A stretch of 64,000 bases of DNA from an uncultured delta proteobacterium. Its GTDB lineage: Bacteria; Desulfobacterota; Syntrophorhabdia; Syntrophorhabdales; WCHB1-27. Both the position numbers and the translations under genes were made by a program. The notes below the pieces were generated by a model. It had not been told where the DNA came from. It did not search any database and saw only the letters and a list, made by a program, of their open reading frames with translations. Each line of letters opens with the position of its first letter. Position 1 is the first letter of the stretch. Below are positions 33,342-43,710 of the stretch, in pieces. Location: NCBI GenBank assembly GCA_963810935.1, contig CAWEPK010000011.1:1-64000 (forward strand), written 5' to 3'.

Positions 33342-33809
33342 ATGAAGGTTTCGACACAGAGCAGATACGGAGTGCGGGCGGTCTTCGACATCGCGTACAA
33401 TTCTTCGGGCAAGCCGTGTCAGGTCAAAGAGATCGCGGAAAGACAAGCCCTTTCGCCCCGGTACATCGAGCAGATCTTCCAGAAGCTGAAGCGCGCCGGC
33501 ATCGTCAAAGGCGTGCGGGGCCCTTCGGGCGGCTATTGCCTTGCCAAAGAGCCGGAAAAGATCAGCGTGGGCGACATAGTGCGGGCGGCGGAAGGAGAGG
33601 TCGAGCTGGTTAGTTGCCTGCGTCCCGCAAAAGGCAGGAAAAAGGCGTGCGACCGCATCGATCGGTGCATGGTGCGCGACGTGTGGGCGGAAGGCACGGC
33701 GCGGCTTATGGCCTACCTGGATTCGGTCAGCATCGCGGAGCTTTGCAGGGAAGCCGGTTCAAAGGGGCCAGGCAGGCGGGCCGGCGACCGGGTCACCTAT
33801 TATATATAG
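33342..33809 (+). CDS. Rrf2-family regulator, IscR-like (three Cys)
   Basis: STQSRYGVRA, YIEQIFQKLKRAG, RGPSGGY, C-x10-C-x5-C. Confidence 0.9.
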   Translation: MKVSTQSRYGVRAVFDIAYNSSGKPCQVKEIAERQALSPRYIEQIFQKLKRAGIVKGVRGPSGGYCLAKEPEKISVGDIVRAAEGEVELVSCLRPAKGRKKACDRIDRCMVRDVWAEGTARLMAYLDSVSIAELCREAGSKGPGRRAGDRVTYYI

Positions 33810-33836
33810 AATGCATATACGCCGGGCAACTGCCTG

Positions 33837-34127
33837 TTATCCTCCGGAGCACATCATGAAACGGGGCGCTTCAAGAATGAGCACTTCCGTTTGCCCTTTT
33901 TCCATCTTGCTGTGGCATATCATAAGGAACTGCTGAAAGCTCGTCACCTGCCATCCGCTGACGATCCTCCAGAATTCCGGGTTGGCCCAATCCCATTTCT
34001 GCGCCTCATCGAGCGTGGCGTACCTTTCGAGGCCCGTTTCGCGATTGAGCACTTTCACCCTGATCTTGTACGTGACCTTTTCTTCTCCGCTGCCCGCTGC
34101 CTTCGCATCTTTTTGCTCTTCCGGCAT
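33837..34127 (-). CDS. Small hypothetical protein ending CSGG; candidate divergent ubiquitin-like/sulfur-carrier protein
   Basis: AGGAGGAG SD; 96 aa; C-terminal FMMCSGG; directly downstream of the rhodanese-ThiF gene. Confidence 0.65.
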   Translation of the reverse strand: MPEEQKDAKAAGSGEEKVTYKIRVKVLNRETGLERYATLDEAQKWDWANPEFWRIVSGWQVTSFQQFLMICHSKMEKGQTEVLILEAPRFMMCSGG

Positions 34128-34190
34128 GTCTGCTCCTCCTGCTGCTATCGTGAGGCTTTCGCTGTTAGTGCTCGCTTCACGCACGTACGA

Positions 34191-35397
34191 TCAATATCCC
34201 AGGTCGCATACGTTGATCTCATATTCCGCGCTGCCCTCTCCGGTCAGCGCCGTAATAGTCGGGCTTTCCCCGCACAGCGCGCACCCCGGCCGCCTGCCGA
34301 GATCGACGGTTGCCGTGCTTGCGTTGAGGGCGTTATATATATAGAACCTGCCGATCATCGGCGTGCCTATTCCGAGTATTATCTTGGCCGCTTCCGTCGC
34401 CTGCACGAGGCCTATGTGCCCTGGCACCATGCCGAGGACCCCGATCTGGCTGCAATTGGGGGTGAGGTTCTGGGCGGGCGGCACAGGGAAAATGCATCGC
34501 AGGCAGGGCCCGCTTTTCTTCGGCCAGAAGACGCACGCCTGGCCGTCGAAGCCGACGGCGCCGCCGAAGATATATGGCTTGCCCGCAAAATAACAGGCGT
34601 CGTGTATCAGGAACTTGGTGCCGATATTGTCTGCCGCGTCCAGCACGACGTCGAAGCCCTGAACGATCTCAAGGGCATTGCCGGGTGCGAAAAACTCCTG
34701 ATAAGTGACTACCTCGATTTCCGGGTTGATCCTCTCTAAGGCCGATTTGGCCGAATCGACCTTATACCTGCCTATATCTGCGGTCCCGTGGATTATCTGC
34801 CTGTTCAGGTTGGAGAGTGAGACCTTGTCAAAATCGATCAGGCCGATGGTACCCACGCCCGCCGCCGCGAGGTACGGCGCAGCAGACGAGGCGAGGCCGC
34901 CTGCGCCGACAAGGAGGACTTTGGAGTGCATGAGCCGGAGCTGGCCCTCCTGTCCGATTTCCTTGAGAAGCATGTTCCTGCTGTAGCGGTCGAGCTGGCG
35001 ACCGGGTGAACCCCGTATCCGATGCAACGGGCGCCCCGGACTCCATCCACGCCTTGTAGCCGCCTGCAACGGAGCGGGCGTTGGCATAGCCGATTTTCCG
35101 GAGCTTTTCTGCGGCCCGCAACGATATGTTGCCGCTGCCGCAGTAAAGCAGTATGGGCGCCTGTTTGTCTTGCGTGAGCTTGCCGATCTCTTCTTCGATG
35201 ACGCCCGGAGGGACCAAGTGCGCCCCCTCGATGCTGCCCATGCAAAGCTCGCCTTCGCCCCGCAAGTCGATAAGGACGACAGGGCTGCCGCCCGAAAGCA
35301 GGCTCACTGCCTTGTCCACGGGTATCTCGAGCGCACCCGGTCCGCCGGAGGACGCTTGCGGGCCATGCCCGGCTGATTGTTTGTCCTGCGTTGTCAT
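34191..35397 (-). CDS. moeB: N-terminal rhodanese + ThiF/MoeB adenylyltransferase (1-bp insertion near 35010)
   Basis: Rhodanese IDLR...LLYCGSG; then RYSR, VLLVGAGGL, DFDKVSLSNLNRQ, CLRC, NCSQIGVLG, CALC. Confidence 0.85.
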
Positions 35398-35651
35398 GAC
35401 ATCACGTTCACGATAGTAAACTTATCTTGTCTGAATAATATATACTTTAGCGATTTACTAATCAATAACATTTACGAATTACCGGATAGATTTGAGGGAA
35501 CCTGCTTAAGGGCCACCGGCGCCGCCTATCGTGCTTCCTGCTTTGCGCGACCCCGCCGATTCAGGATAGAGAATACGCAATCGCCCCGAGGCCTTTGCTT
35601 ACAAACGCCATCAGGGCCTGAAACAAGGCTGTCTATACTTGAGTGGTTTGG

Positions 35652-35680
35652 TTGACAATAGAACGGGCCGGGCATATACT
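35652..35680 (+). promoter_or_regulatory. sigma-70 promoter of the metal-efflux operon
   Basis: TTGACA-17 bp-TATACT; ATG only 8 nt downstream. Confidence 0.75.
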
Positions 35681-35688
35681 AGGGCACT

Positions 35689-36105
35689 ATGACAACGGTA
35701 TCAGGCTCGGGCAAGAGAGGCATTAACGTATCTGTTTTGCTGGCCGTTTGCCTTTCCTTCCTCTTGTCTCCGGCGCTGTCCGCGGCCGGCGGCGTCATAA
35801 GTCCGTGCAGCCTGCAACCGGCATCCGTTCACATGCAAGAACATGGGACAGGCGGCCACGCGTGCGCCTGCTGCAAGCATGAGAAAGGGGCGCGTAGTGC
35901 GCCGTGTGCATTGGAAGCCAAGTGCAGCCCCGCCAGGGGCCATGAGTTTTCCGTTGTCTCGAGTATGGGCGCGCAAATTCCCGTGCTCGGTGCCGGTCCC
36001 TCTCCCATGTCTCCGAACCGGTCGGCCGCTAAGGGCCGGGAGGCGCCGAAGAACGTCTGCGCGCGAGAAACGACCTACCTGATAAATCTCAAGCTCCTCT
36101 GCTGA
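35689..36105 (+). CDS. Exported Cys/His-rich protein leading the cus-like operon
   Basis: Hydrophobic signal-like segment, HACACCKH and CALEAKC, C-terminus TYLINLKLLC. Confidence 0.65.
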   Translation: MTTVSGSGKRGINVSVLLAVCLSFLLSPALSAAGGVISPCSLQPASVHMQEHGTGGHACACCKHEKGARSAPCALEAKCSPARGHEFSVVSSMGAQIPVLGAGPSPMSPNRSAAKGREAPKNVCARETTYLINLKLLC

Positions 36106-36239
36106 TCTGTCCGCCCCGGCCCGTCTGACCGGGGGCCTTCGCATCTCATTCATCTCAAACCTAATTTTAAGCTGTGCGCCGCGGGTTCGCTTTCGCTTTT
36201 CAGCGCTGTCGCGCCCGGCGATCGCAGAAGGAGAAGACC

Positions 36240-36626
36240 ATGCGCAAGTTGACAATTATCCTTATGATGCTTCTGCTTACAGTAGGGGCAGTCTACGCCG
36301 CCAATACAATCACGAAAAAGGCGGGGGAGTATACCGTCGAGCTCACGATCGACAAGAACCCGCCTGTAGCCGGAAAGAACAACATAGATATCGCTGTAAA
36401 GGATAAGGCGGGTAAGCCCGTGACGGACGCCAAGGTCCTCGTCGAGTACTCCATGCCGGCGATGCCCGGCATGCCCGCGATGCATTATAAGGCCGAGGCC
36501 GTTCTGTCGGGCGACAGGTACAAGACCGTTATCGAGCCTTCCATGGGCGGCTCGTGGAGCCTGACGGCCAAAGTGAGCCGGGCCGGGAAAATGGATACTG
36601 CGCGATTTACCATTGACGTCAAGTAA
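36240..36626 (+). CDS. FixH/YtkA-like exported protein, Met-rich
   Basis: AAGGAG SD; signal peptide; PPVAGKN, GKPVTDAKV, SMPAMPGMPAM. Confidence 0.8.
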   Translation: MRKLTIILMMLLLTVGAVYAANTITKKAGEYTVELTIDKNPPVAGKNNIDIAVKDKAGKPVTDAKVLVEYSMPAMPGMPAMHYKAEAVLSGDRYKTVIEPSMGGSWSLTAKVSRAGKMDTARFTIDVK

Positions 36627-36646
36627 GTCATGCGGGAGGCGTCATA

Positions 36647-37949
36647 ATGCTATCGCCTGCGAGAAACAATCGGAACGTCGGAAGATTGACTCTATCGCTT
36701 TTATTCCTTCTGGCCGCACTGGCGCTGCCTCCCGGACCGAGCTTTTGCCCTGGAAGGGACGCTCGTTCTGGACGAGCTTATCGCCGAGGGACTCAGGAAC
36801 AGCCCCGAGATCCAGGCTGCGAGATTACGGGCGGATGCGGCCGGCTACCGCATCCCCCAGGCCAAAAGCCTGCCCGACCCGATGGCGACGTTAGGCTACC
36901 AGAACGATGGCTTCAACCGCTTTACCCTCGGCGACAGCATCATGACCATGGGCATAGCGGGCGTGTCCCAGCAGTTTCCTTTCTGGGGGAAGCGGGCACT
37001 TAAGGGCGAGATGGCGACACGAGACGCAGAGAGCGAGGTGGCCCTGTCGGCCGCTTCGAGGCACCGGGTGGTGGCGCAGATAAAGCTCGTCTTTTACGAC
37101 CTCTTTCTTGCCTACAAAACGATGGACGTCCTGGAAGACAGGACGGCGCTCTTTTCGAAGATAGAAGATGCGGCGCAAAGCAGGTACGCGTCAGGGACCG
37201 GCATGCAGCAGGAGGTCGTCATGGCGCAGACGGAAAAGTATATGATCCTTGAAAAACAGGAGATGCAGCGCCAGCGTTTGCAGGCCCTCCAGGGCATGCT
37301 GAATGCTGCGGTGGGCAGGCAGGTGAGCGCGCCACTCGGCCGTCCTGCCCTGCCCGCCGCCACCCGGTTTCCCTTCACACTCGACGAGGCGGTGGGCATG
37401 GCGAAAGAGCATTCGCCCGATGTGAGATCGAAACAGAAAATGGTGGAGGGCGCCGAGGCAAAGGTCAAGCTGGCGAGGAAGGAGTATTATCCCGACGTGA
37501 CGGTCGGCGGCAACTATTTTTACAGGTCGGGGAACCTCGGAGATATGTGGGCCCTGACTTTCAGCTTCAACCTGCCGATCTTCTATAAAACGAAGCAGGA
37601 GCAGGCCCTGGCCGAGGCGCAGGTGTCGCTGAGCCAGGCTAAGCGTGAGCTGGCCGCAACGGAGCTGATGCTCGCATCGAGCGTGAAGGAAGGCTATTCA
37701 ATGGTGGAGGCGGCGGACAGGTTGATGAAACTTTACAAAGAGGGGCTTATCCCGAAGACGAACCAGGACGTCCAGCTTGCCTTTTCGAATTACGTGACCG
37801 GAAGGGTCGACGCCCTCACCGCCATAACGAGGATCAAGAACCTCCTCGATTACGACCTGCTTTATTGGGGCCAGTTGGTGGAAAGGGAGAAGGCCATAGC
37901 AAAACTCCATGCAGTCATGGGGATGGAGCAGATGGGAGAGACACGATGA
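36647..37949 (+). CDS. TolC/CusC-family outer-membrane efflux protein (1-bp insertion near 36745)
   Basis: The signal peptide joins LDELIAEGLRNSPEI...SLPDPM, QQFPFWGKR, YYPDV after frame correction. Confidence 0.85.
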
Positions 37950-39244
37950 AAAATCGAAAGAAAGTGATAGCGGTCGCGGCTCTCCTCGCCGTTCTTTCGT
38001 TGTTGTTCTATTTCTCGAAACCGGGCAAGCCCGGAACCGCTGCAGCCCAGGAGAAGATGGGTGCCATGCCCGGCATGCCGGCCGAAAAACCGTCAGCCGA
38101 AAACGTGCCTCCCCAAGGGGCTGCGGCAGAGGCGCCCAATTTCGAAATATCGCCCGAGAAGCAGCAACTCATCGGAGTGAAGGTCGCCGCCGCGCAACTC
38201 CTTCCCCTGATGAAAACCATACGTACGGTCGGCCTTGTTGAGTATGACCAGCGACGCCAACAGACGATCAACACGAAGGTCGAGGGCTGGGTCGAGAAGC
38301 TTTACGTGAACTTCGTGGGAGTCTACGTAAAGAAAGGGGACCCCGTCGCGGACATATACAGCCCGGAACTCTGGGCGAGCCAGCAGGAGTTCATCAATGT
38401 AGTGAGGTGGGCGAAACGCACCGATGCAAAGAAGGGCGGGCAGGCAACGGAGGCGGCCTCCCAGGCCGGCGCGCCTGACGTCAACGCGATGATCGAGGGG
38501 GACGCCCGGTCACTGGTCGAGGCAGCGCGGCAGCGCCTGAAGCTCTACGACATAAGCGACGCCCAGATAAAAAAGATCGAAGAGAGCGAAAAACCCATCC
38601 GTACGCTTACCATCTACAGCCCTTACAACGGATATGTCCTGCAAAAGAACGTGAACCAGGGCAGCCGCGTAATGCCGGGTGCCGACCTCCTGGATGTGGC
38701 GGACCTGTCGATGGTATGGATCACCGCCGACATTTACGAATACGAGATGCCGTTAATCAAAGTGGGAGACAGCGCAATCGTCAGCTTGAGCTACCTGCCG
38801 GGCAGGCAGTTCGCCACAAGGATCGACTACATCTACCCCACGCTTCAGGGAGAGACGAGGACACTGAAGGCCCGCTTCACGCTCCCTAACGAAGGGGGAA
38901 GGCTCAAGCCCCAGATGTTTACCAACGTAGAGATGAAGATAGGTCTCGGCAAAAGGCTCGCAGTCCCGGCCGATGCGGTCATTAATACGGGCATCAGGCA
39001 GGTCGTCTATATCGACAAGGGCGAGGGCATTTTCGAGCCCAGGGAGGTCTTGACGGGTGTGCAGACGGACGACCTCGTCGAGGTCACTGCGGGCCTCAAG
39101 GCAGGGGAGAAGGTTGCGTCGGCTGCCAATTTCCTCATCGACTCGGAGGCCAAGTTGAAAGGGGTCGAGCCGCTTCCGAGGCAGGCGCAGGGTCAGGCGA
39201 AGCCGCCGGGACAGGCGAGCGCACCGCCTGCCCATCATCATTAA
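37946..39244 (+). CDS. cusB: CusB-family membrane-fusion protein
   Basis: ISPEKQQLIGV, GWVEKLY, YSPEL, IYPTL, LKPQMF, FLIDSE. Confidence 0.88.
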   Translation: MKNRKKVIAVAALLAVLSLLFYFSKPGKPGTAAAQEKMGAMPGMPAEKPSAENVPPQGAAAEAPNFEISPEKQQLIGVKVAAAQLLPLMKTIRTVGLVEYDQRRQQTINTKVEGWVEKLYVNFVGVYVKKGDPVADIYSPELWASQQEFINVVRWAKRTDAKKGGQATEAASQAGAPDVNAMIEGDARSLVEAARQRLKLYDISDAQIKKIEESEKPIRTLTIYSPYNGYVLQKNVNQGSRVMPGADLLDVADLSMVWITADIYEYEMPLIKVGDSAIVSLSYLPGRQFATRIDYIYPTLQGETRTLKARFTLPNEGGRLKPQMFTNVEMKIGLGKRLAVPADAVINTGIRQVVYIDKGEGIFEPREVLTGVQTDDLVEVTAGLKAGEKVASAANFLIDSEAKLKGVEPLPRQAQGQAKPPGQASAPPAHHH

Positions 39245-39258
39245 AGTGGGCCGCAGCC

Positions 39259-42200
39259 ATGATAGCTAAGATAATCGGATACAGCGCCCGCAACAAATTC
39301 ATCGTTTTCCTTTTCGTCTTTTTCGCCCTCGCCTGGGGCTGGTGGGCGATCAGGAACATTCCCCTCGACGCGATCCCCGACCTCTCCGATACGCAGGTCA
39401 TCATCTATACGGATTGGGCGGGCAGGAGCCCTGACCTCGTGGAGGACCAGATAACCTACCCCATTTCGTCGACGCTCCTCGCGGCCCCGCGCGTCCAGGC
39501 AGTGCGCGGCTTCTCGTATCTCGGAAGCTCCTTCATTTACGTGATTTTCAATGAGGGGACGGACATCTACTGGGCACGCAGCCGCGTCCTCGAATACCTT
39601 CAGGCCGTCCGCAACAAGCTCCCCGCGGACGTCAACCCCGTCCTCGGCCCCGACGCGACGAGCCTCGGCTGGGGCTTCGAATACGCGGTCGTCGATGAGA
39701 AGCACAACCTCGACCTTGCGCAGTTGCGCTCCCTCCAGGACTGGAACCTGAAGCTCGCGTTGGAAAGCGTTCCGGGCGTCGCGCAGGTTGCGAGCGTCGG
39801 CGGCTTCGTCAAGCAGTACCAGGTCACCGTCGACCCGAACCGCCTCCTCGGCTACAACATTCCCATAACGAAGGTGATGGAGGCCGTAAGGAGGAGCAAC
39901 CTCGACGTGGAAGGGCGCGTGCTCGACCTCTCCGGCTTCGAATACATGATAAGGGGGCGGGGATATATCAAGAGCGTGAGGGACATCGAGAACATCTCCG
40001 TCGGCGCGTCGGCCCAGGGCACCCCCATATACGTGAAGGACGTGGGCAACATCCAGCTCGGCCCCGAGATACGCAGGGGCGTAGCGGAGCTGGACGGCAG
40101 GGGCGAGGCGCCCGGCGGCATCGTCATCGTCCGTTTCGGCGAGAACGTACTCAACGTGATCGAGCGCGTTAAGGAGAAGATCAGGAGGGACGTTGGGCCT
40201 TCCCTGCCTCCCGGCGTAAAGATCGTACCGACATACGACCGGTCCGATCTCATCAACCGCTCCATTTCGACACTCAAGGACGAGATCGTCAAGCTCGCAA
40301 TCGCAGTCAGCGCGGTCTGCCTCATCTTCCTTTTCCACCTGCCTTCCGCGCTGGTTGTCATCCTCACGCTGCCTGTTGCCATCATAACGAGCTTTATCCT
40401 TATGTTCTACCTGGGGGTCACGTCGAACATCATGAGCCTATCCGGGATAGCCATCGCAATAGGGGCGATGGTAGACGCGTCCATCATCATGGTGGAGAAC
40501 GCCCACAAGAAGCTGGAGGAATGGGAAGAGGCGGGCCGCCCCGGAAACAGGACGGACGTCATCATTGAGGCGGCCAAAGAAGTAGGCCCGTCGCTCTTCT
40601 TCTCGCTGCTGGTCATTACCGTCGGGTTCCTCCCGGTCTTTACGCTCCAGGGGCAGGCGGGCAGGCTTTTCAAGCCCCTCGCATATACGAAGACGTTCGC
40701 CATGCTTTTTTCGTCTTTCCTCGCTGTGACCCTGACGCCTGTCCTCATGACGCTCTTCATCAGGGGGCGGATCAGGCCGGAAGAAAAAAATCCGATAAGC
40801 CGGTTCCTGCACTGGGCCTACGGGCCGGTCGCGAGTTTTGCCTTACAATTCAAGGTGCCCGTCATCGTAGGCGCGGCAATTATTTTGGTCGTCTCGATAT
40901 ACCCCTATACACGCCTCGGCTCTGAGTTCATGCCGCCGCTCTATGAGGGGACCCTGTTTTACATGCCGGTCACGGCCCCCGCCCCTTCCATATCGGTCGT
41001 CACCGACCTTCTTCAGTTGCAGAATAAGATCATCAAGCGCCTCCCGGAGGTGGAAAGCGTCTTCGGCAAGGCGGGAAGGGCGGAGACGGCCACAGACCCG
41101 GCGCCGATGGAGATGTTCGAGACCGTCATCAACCTGAAGCCGGAAAACAAATGGCGGCCCGGTATGACAGTTGCGAAGCTGACGGACGAGATGAACGACG
41201 CCCTGACGATCCCCGGTGTCTCGAACTCGTTCACCATGCCGATAAAGGCAAGGATAGACATGCTGGCGACAGGCATAAGGACGCCCGTAGGCATCAAGAT
41301 ACTGGGGCCGAACCTGGATGAGCTCGAGAAGATCGGCCTGGCGATAGAGCACCACATGAAATCGATCCCCGGCACAAGGAGCGTCTACGCCGAGAGGGTG
41401 ACCACGGGCTACTTCCTGGACATCACCGTGAAGCGTGAAGAGGCGGCCCGTTACGGCCTTGCCGTCCGGGACGTGCAGGACGTTATCGAGTCGGCCATCG
41501 GCGGCATGGACCTTACGACGACCATCGAGGGCAGGGAGCGCTACCCTGTGAACGTGCGCTATGCAAGGGACCTGCGGGGGAATATCGACCAGTTGAAAAG
41601 GGTGCTCGTGCCGATAGGGGCGATGGGGGGCGGCCGGGCGGTATCTCCGGAAGGCATGGGCGCGGCGGGCGCGCAGCCGCAGCCCGGCTACGCCAATCCG
41701 CAGGGCGGCCGTGTGCCGCTCACCCAGCTTGCGGATATAAAGGTCGTGCGTGGGCCGACGAACATAAAGAGCGAAGAGGGGCTTCTCGCAGAGTACGTCT
41801 ACGTCGATTTCTCCGGGCGTGATGTGGGCGGCTACGTGAACGAAGCGAAAAAAAGCGTCGCCTCCCTAAATATACCGGAAGGCTACAGGCTGGAGTGGAG
41901 CGGGGAGTACGAATACCTGGTAAAGACCCACGAGCGCCTCAAGCTCGTCATCCCCCTGACGCTCCTGGTTATCTTCATCCTCATCTTCTTCAATACGAAG
42001 TCGGTGACAAAGACGGTCATAGTGCTTCTGGCCGTGCCTTTTTCCCTGGTCGGGTCATTCTGGTTGCTTTATCTCCTCGGCTACAACATGAGCATCGCCG
42101 TCTGGGTGGGGATCATCGCCCTGGCAGGGCTCGACGCGGAGACTGGCGTCGTCATGCTCCTCTACCTGGAGCTTGCCCATGACGAATGGCGGAAAAAAGG

Positions 42201-42468
42201 CATGCTGAAAACGGCAGCCGACCTTAAGGGCGCGATCATGCAGGGCGCAGTCAAGAGGATACGCCCGAAGATCATGACGGTCGGGGTGATCCTCGCCGGT
42301 CTTATCCCCGTCATGTTCAGCCACGGGGCCGGCGCGGACGTGATGAAGCGGATCGCCGCGCCGATGGTCGGCGGCGTGATCACGTCAACTATGCTGGAGC
42401 TTGTCATCTATCCCGCCATCTATATGCTGTGGAAAGGCAGGGAGCTCAAACAGGCGCGCTCACGATGA
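39259..42468 (+). CDS. cusA: CusA/CzcA heavy-metal RND permease (Cu/Ag type)
   Basis: DAIPDLSDTQVI, GPDAT, GAMVDA, GSEFMPPL, DPAPMEMFET, MKRIAAPMVGG. Confidence 0.93.
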   Translation: MIAKIIGYSARNKFIVFLFVFFALAWGWWAIRNIPLDAIPDLSDTQVIIYTDWAGRSPDLVEDQITYPISSTLLAAPRVQAVRGFSYLGSSFIYVIFNEGTDIYWARSRVLEYLQAVRNKLPADVNPVLGPDATSLGWGFEYAVVDEKHNLDLAQLRSLQDWNLKLALESVPGVAQVASVGGFVKQYQVTVDPNRLLGYNIPITKVMEAVRRSNLDVEGRVLDLSGFEYMIRGRGYIKSVRDIENISVGASAQGTPIYVKDVGNIQLGPEIRRGVAELDGRGEAPGGIVIVRFGENVLNVIERVKEKIRRDVGPSLPPGVKIVPTYDRSDLINRSISTLKDEIVKLAIAVSAVCLIFLFHLPSALVVILTLPVAIITSFILMFYLGVTSNIMSLSGIAIAIGAMVDASIIMVENAHKKLEEWEEAGRPGNRTDVIIEAAKEVGPSLFFSLLVITVGFLPVFTLQGQAGRLFKPLAYTKTFAMLFSSFLAVTLTPVLMTLFIRGRIRPEEKNPISRFLHWAYGPVASFALQFKVPVIVGAAIILVVSIYPYTRLGSEFMPPLYEGTLFYMPVTAPAPSISVVTDLLQLQNKIIKRLPEVESVFGKAGRAETATDPAPMEMFETVINLKPENKWRPGMTVAKLTDEMNDALTIPGVSNSFTMPIKARIDMLATGIRTPVGIKILGPNLDELEKIGLAIEHHMKSIPGTRSVYAERVTTGYFLDITVKREEAARYGLAVRDVQDVIESAIGGMDLTTTIEGRERYPVNVRYARDLRGNIDQLKRVLVPIGAMGGGRAVSPEGMGAAGAQPQPGYANPQGGRVPLTQLADIKVVRGPTNIKSEEGLLAEYVYVDFSGRDVGGYVNEAKKSVASLNIPEGYRLEWSGEYEYLVKTHERLKLVIPLTLLVIFILIFFNTKSVTKTVIVLLAVPFSLVGSFWLLYLLGYNMSIAVWVGIIALAGLDAETGVVMLLYLELAHDEWRKKGMLKTAADLKGAIMQGAVKRIRPKIMTVGVILAGLIPVMFSHGAGADVMKRIAAPMVGGVITSTMLELVIYPAIYMLWKGRELKQARSR

Positions 42469-42490
42469 AAGGGCGATTTTCGCCCGGCCT

Positions 42491-43477
42491 TTAATCCTCG
42501 CCCACTGAGGGCTCGAGGCCCAGGTCCTTTATCATCTCCATATCGAGGCCCGGTTCCCTTCCCGAGTAAGTGAGGTATTCTCCTGTCATAAGGGAGTTGC
42601 AGCCTGCCACGATGCCGAGAGGCAGCAATTGGCGCAAGTTCGCCTCCTTCCCTCCGCAGAGCTTTATGTCCTTGTCAGGCAGGACAAACCGGAAGATCGC
42701 GATCGTGACCAGCAGCTCTAAGGGCCGAACGGAAGGTGTACCGAAAAGGGGCGTGCCGGGGAAAGCCTTGAGGATATTGACGGGCACCGAGTTCACGTCC
42801 AGCCCCTTCAGCGTAAAGGCAAACTCGATCCTCTGCTCCATCGATTCGCCCAAACCGATGATGCCGCCGCAGCAGGTGGTCAGCCCTGCCTTTTTCGCTG
42901 CCAGGATCGTGTCGATGTCTTCCTGGTAGTCGTGGGTCGTGCAGATGTTGTCGAAGTGGCTCCGCGCAGTCTCAAGGTTGTGGTGGTACCTGTACAGGCC
43001 GGCTTTCTTCAGGGCAGCGGCGCGATTTTCATCGATCATGCCCAAAGAAGCGCAGGGTCTTATGCCGAGGGCCCCGATCTCCCGCACTGCTTCGTAAATT
43101 ACTTTCCATTCCGCCTCACTGTCGATACAGGTGCCGCTCGTGACGATGCCGAACATGTGGGCGCCCGCGGCTTTGGCCCGACGGGCCGCTGCCACGATGT
43201 CGGCCTTCGGGAGGAGGTCGTAAACGGGGGAGGCCGTCTCGTAATGGACCGACTGGATGCAGAACCTGCAATTTTCCGGGCACTTTCCCGATTTTGCGTT
43301 TACGATCCCGCAGATGTTGACCCTTTTCCCCTTGAAAAACTCCCTGATCTCGGACGCAACCGCCATAAGCGCGAAAGGCCTTTGCGCGCCGATCTCGCAA
43401 AGCCCGGCTGCTTCCTCCTGCCGTATGTCCCTTCCCTTTATTGCCCGCTCTTTGAGTTCCTGAAGCAGATCGCCCAT
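42491..43477 (-). CDS. bioB: Biotin synthase
   Basis: NAKSGKCPENCRFCIQS radical-SAM motif, CASLG, YHHNLET, CCGGIIGLGE. Confidence 0.95.
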   Translation of the reverse strand: MGDLLQELKERAIKGRDIRQEEAAGLCEIGAQRPFALMAVASEIREFFKGKRVNICGIVNAKSGKCPENCRFCIQSVHYETASPVYDLLPKADIVAAARRAKAAGAHMFGIVTSGTCIDSEAEWKVIYEAVREIGALGIRPCASLGMIDENRAAALKKAGLYRYHHNLETARSHFDNICTTHDYQEDIDTILAAKKAGLTTCCGGIIGLGESMEQRIEFAFTLKGLDVNSVPVNILKAFPGTPLFGTPSVRPLELLVTIAIFRFVLPDKDIKLCGGKEANLRQLLPLGIVAGCNSLMTGEYLTYSGREPGLDMEMIKDLGLEPSVGED

Positions 43478-43604
43478 TTGCGTTCCTTCTCTTGTCGTGA
43501 TTGCCCGGCTTTGACCGCCCGACCGGCTGATAGAATAACACAATGTTCGGCAAAATTATCCCGGTTTAGGAACATAACGGGCACCGGCATCATTCGTTTT
43601 TTTA

Positions 43605-43673
43605 TTGACAGGGTGGGAGAGCCGTGATATTTTAGATCAGTTCACATACGTAACTTGTGTTTACATATGTGAA
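43605..43673 (+). promoter_or_regulatory. sigma-70 promoter and tandem palindromic operator upstream of the iclR operon
   Basis: TTGACA-17 bp-TATTTT, then TTCACATACGTAA-N7-TTACATATGTGAA (12 of 13 inverted match; each half is quasi-palindromic). Confidence 0.7.
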
Positions 43674-43710
43674 GACAATAGAGACCCCGGCATGAAGGAG
43701 AGGCACCGGC

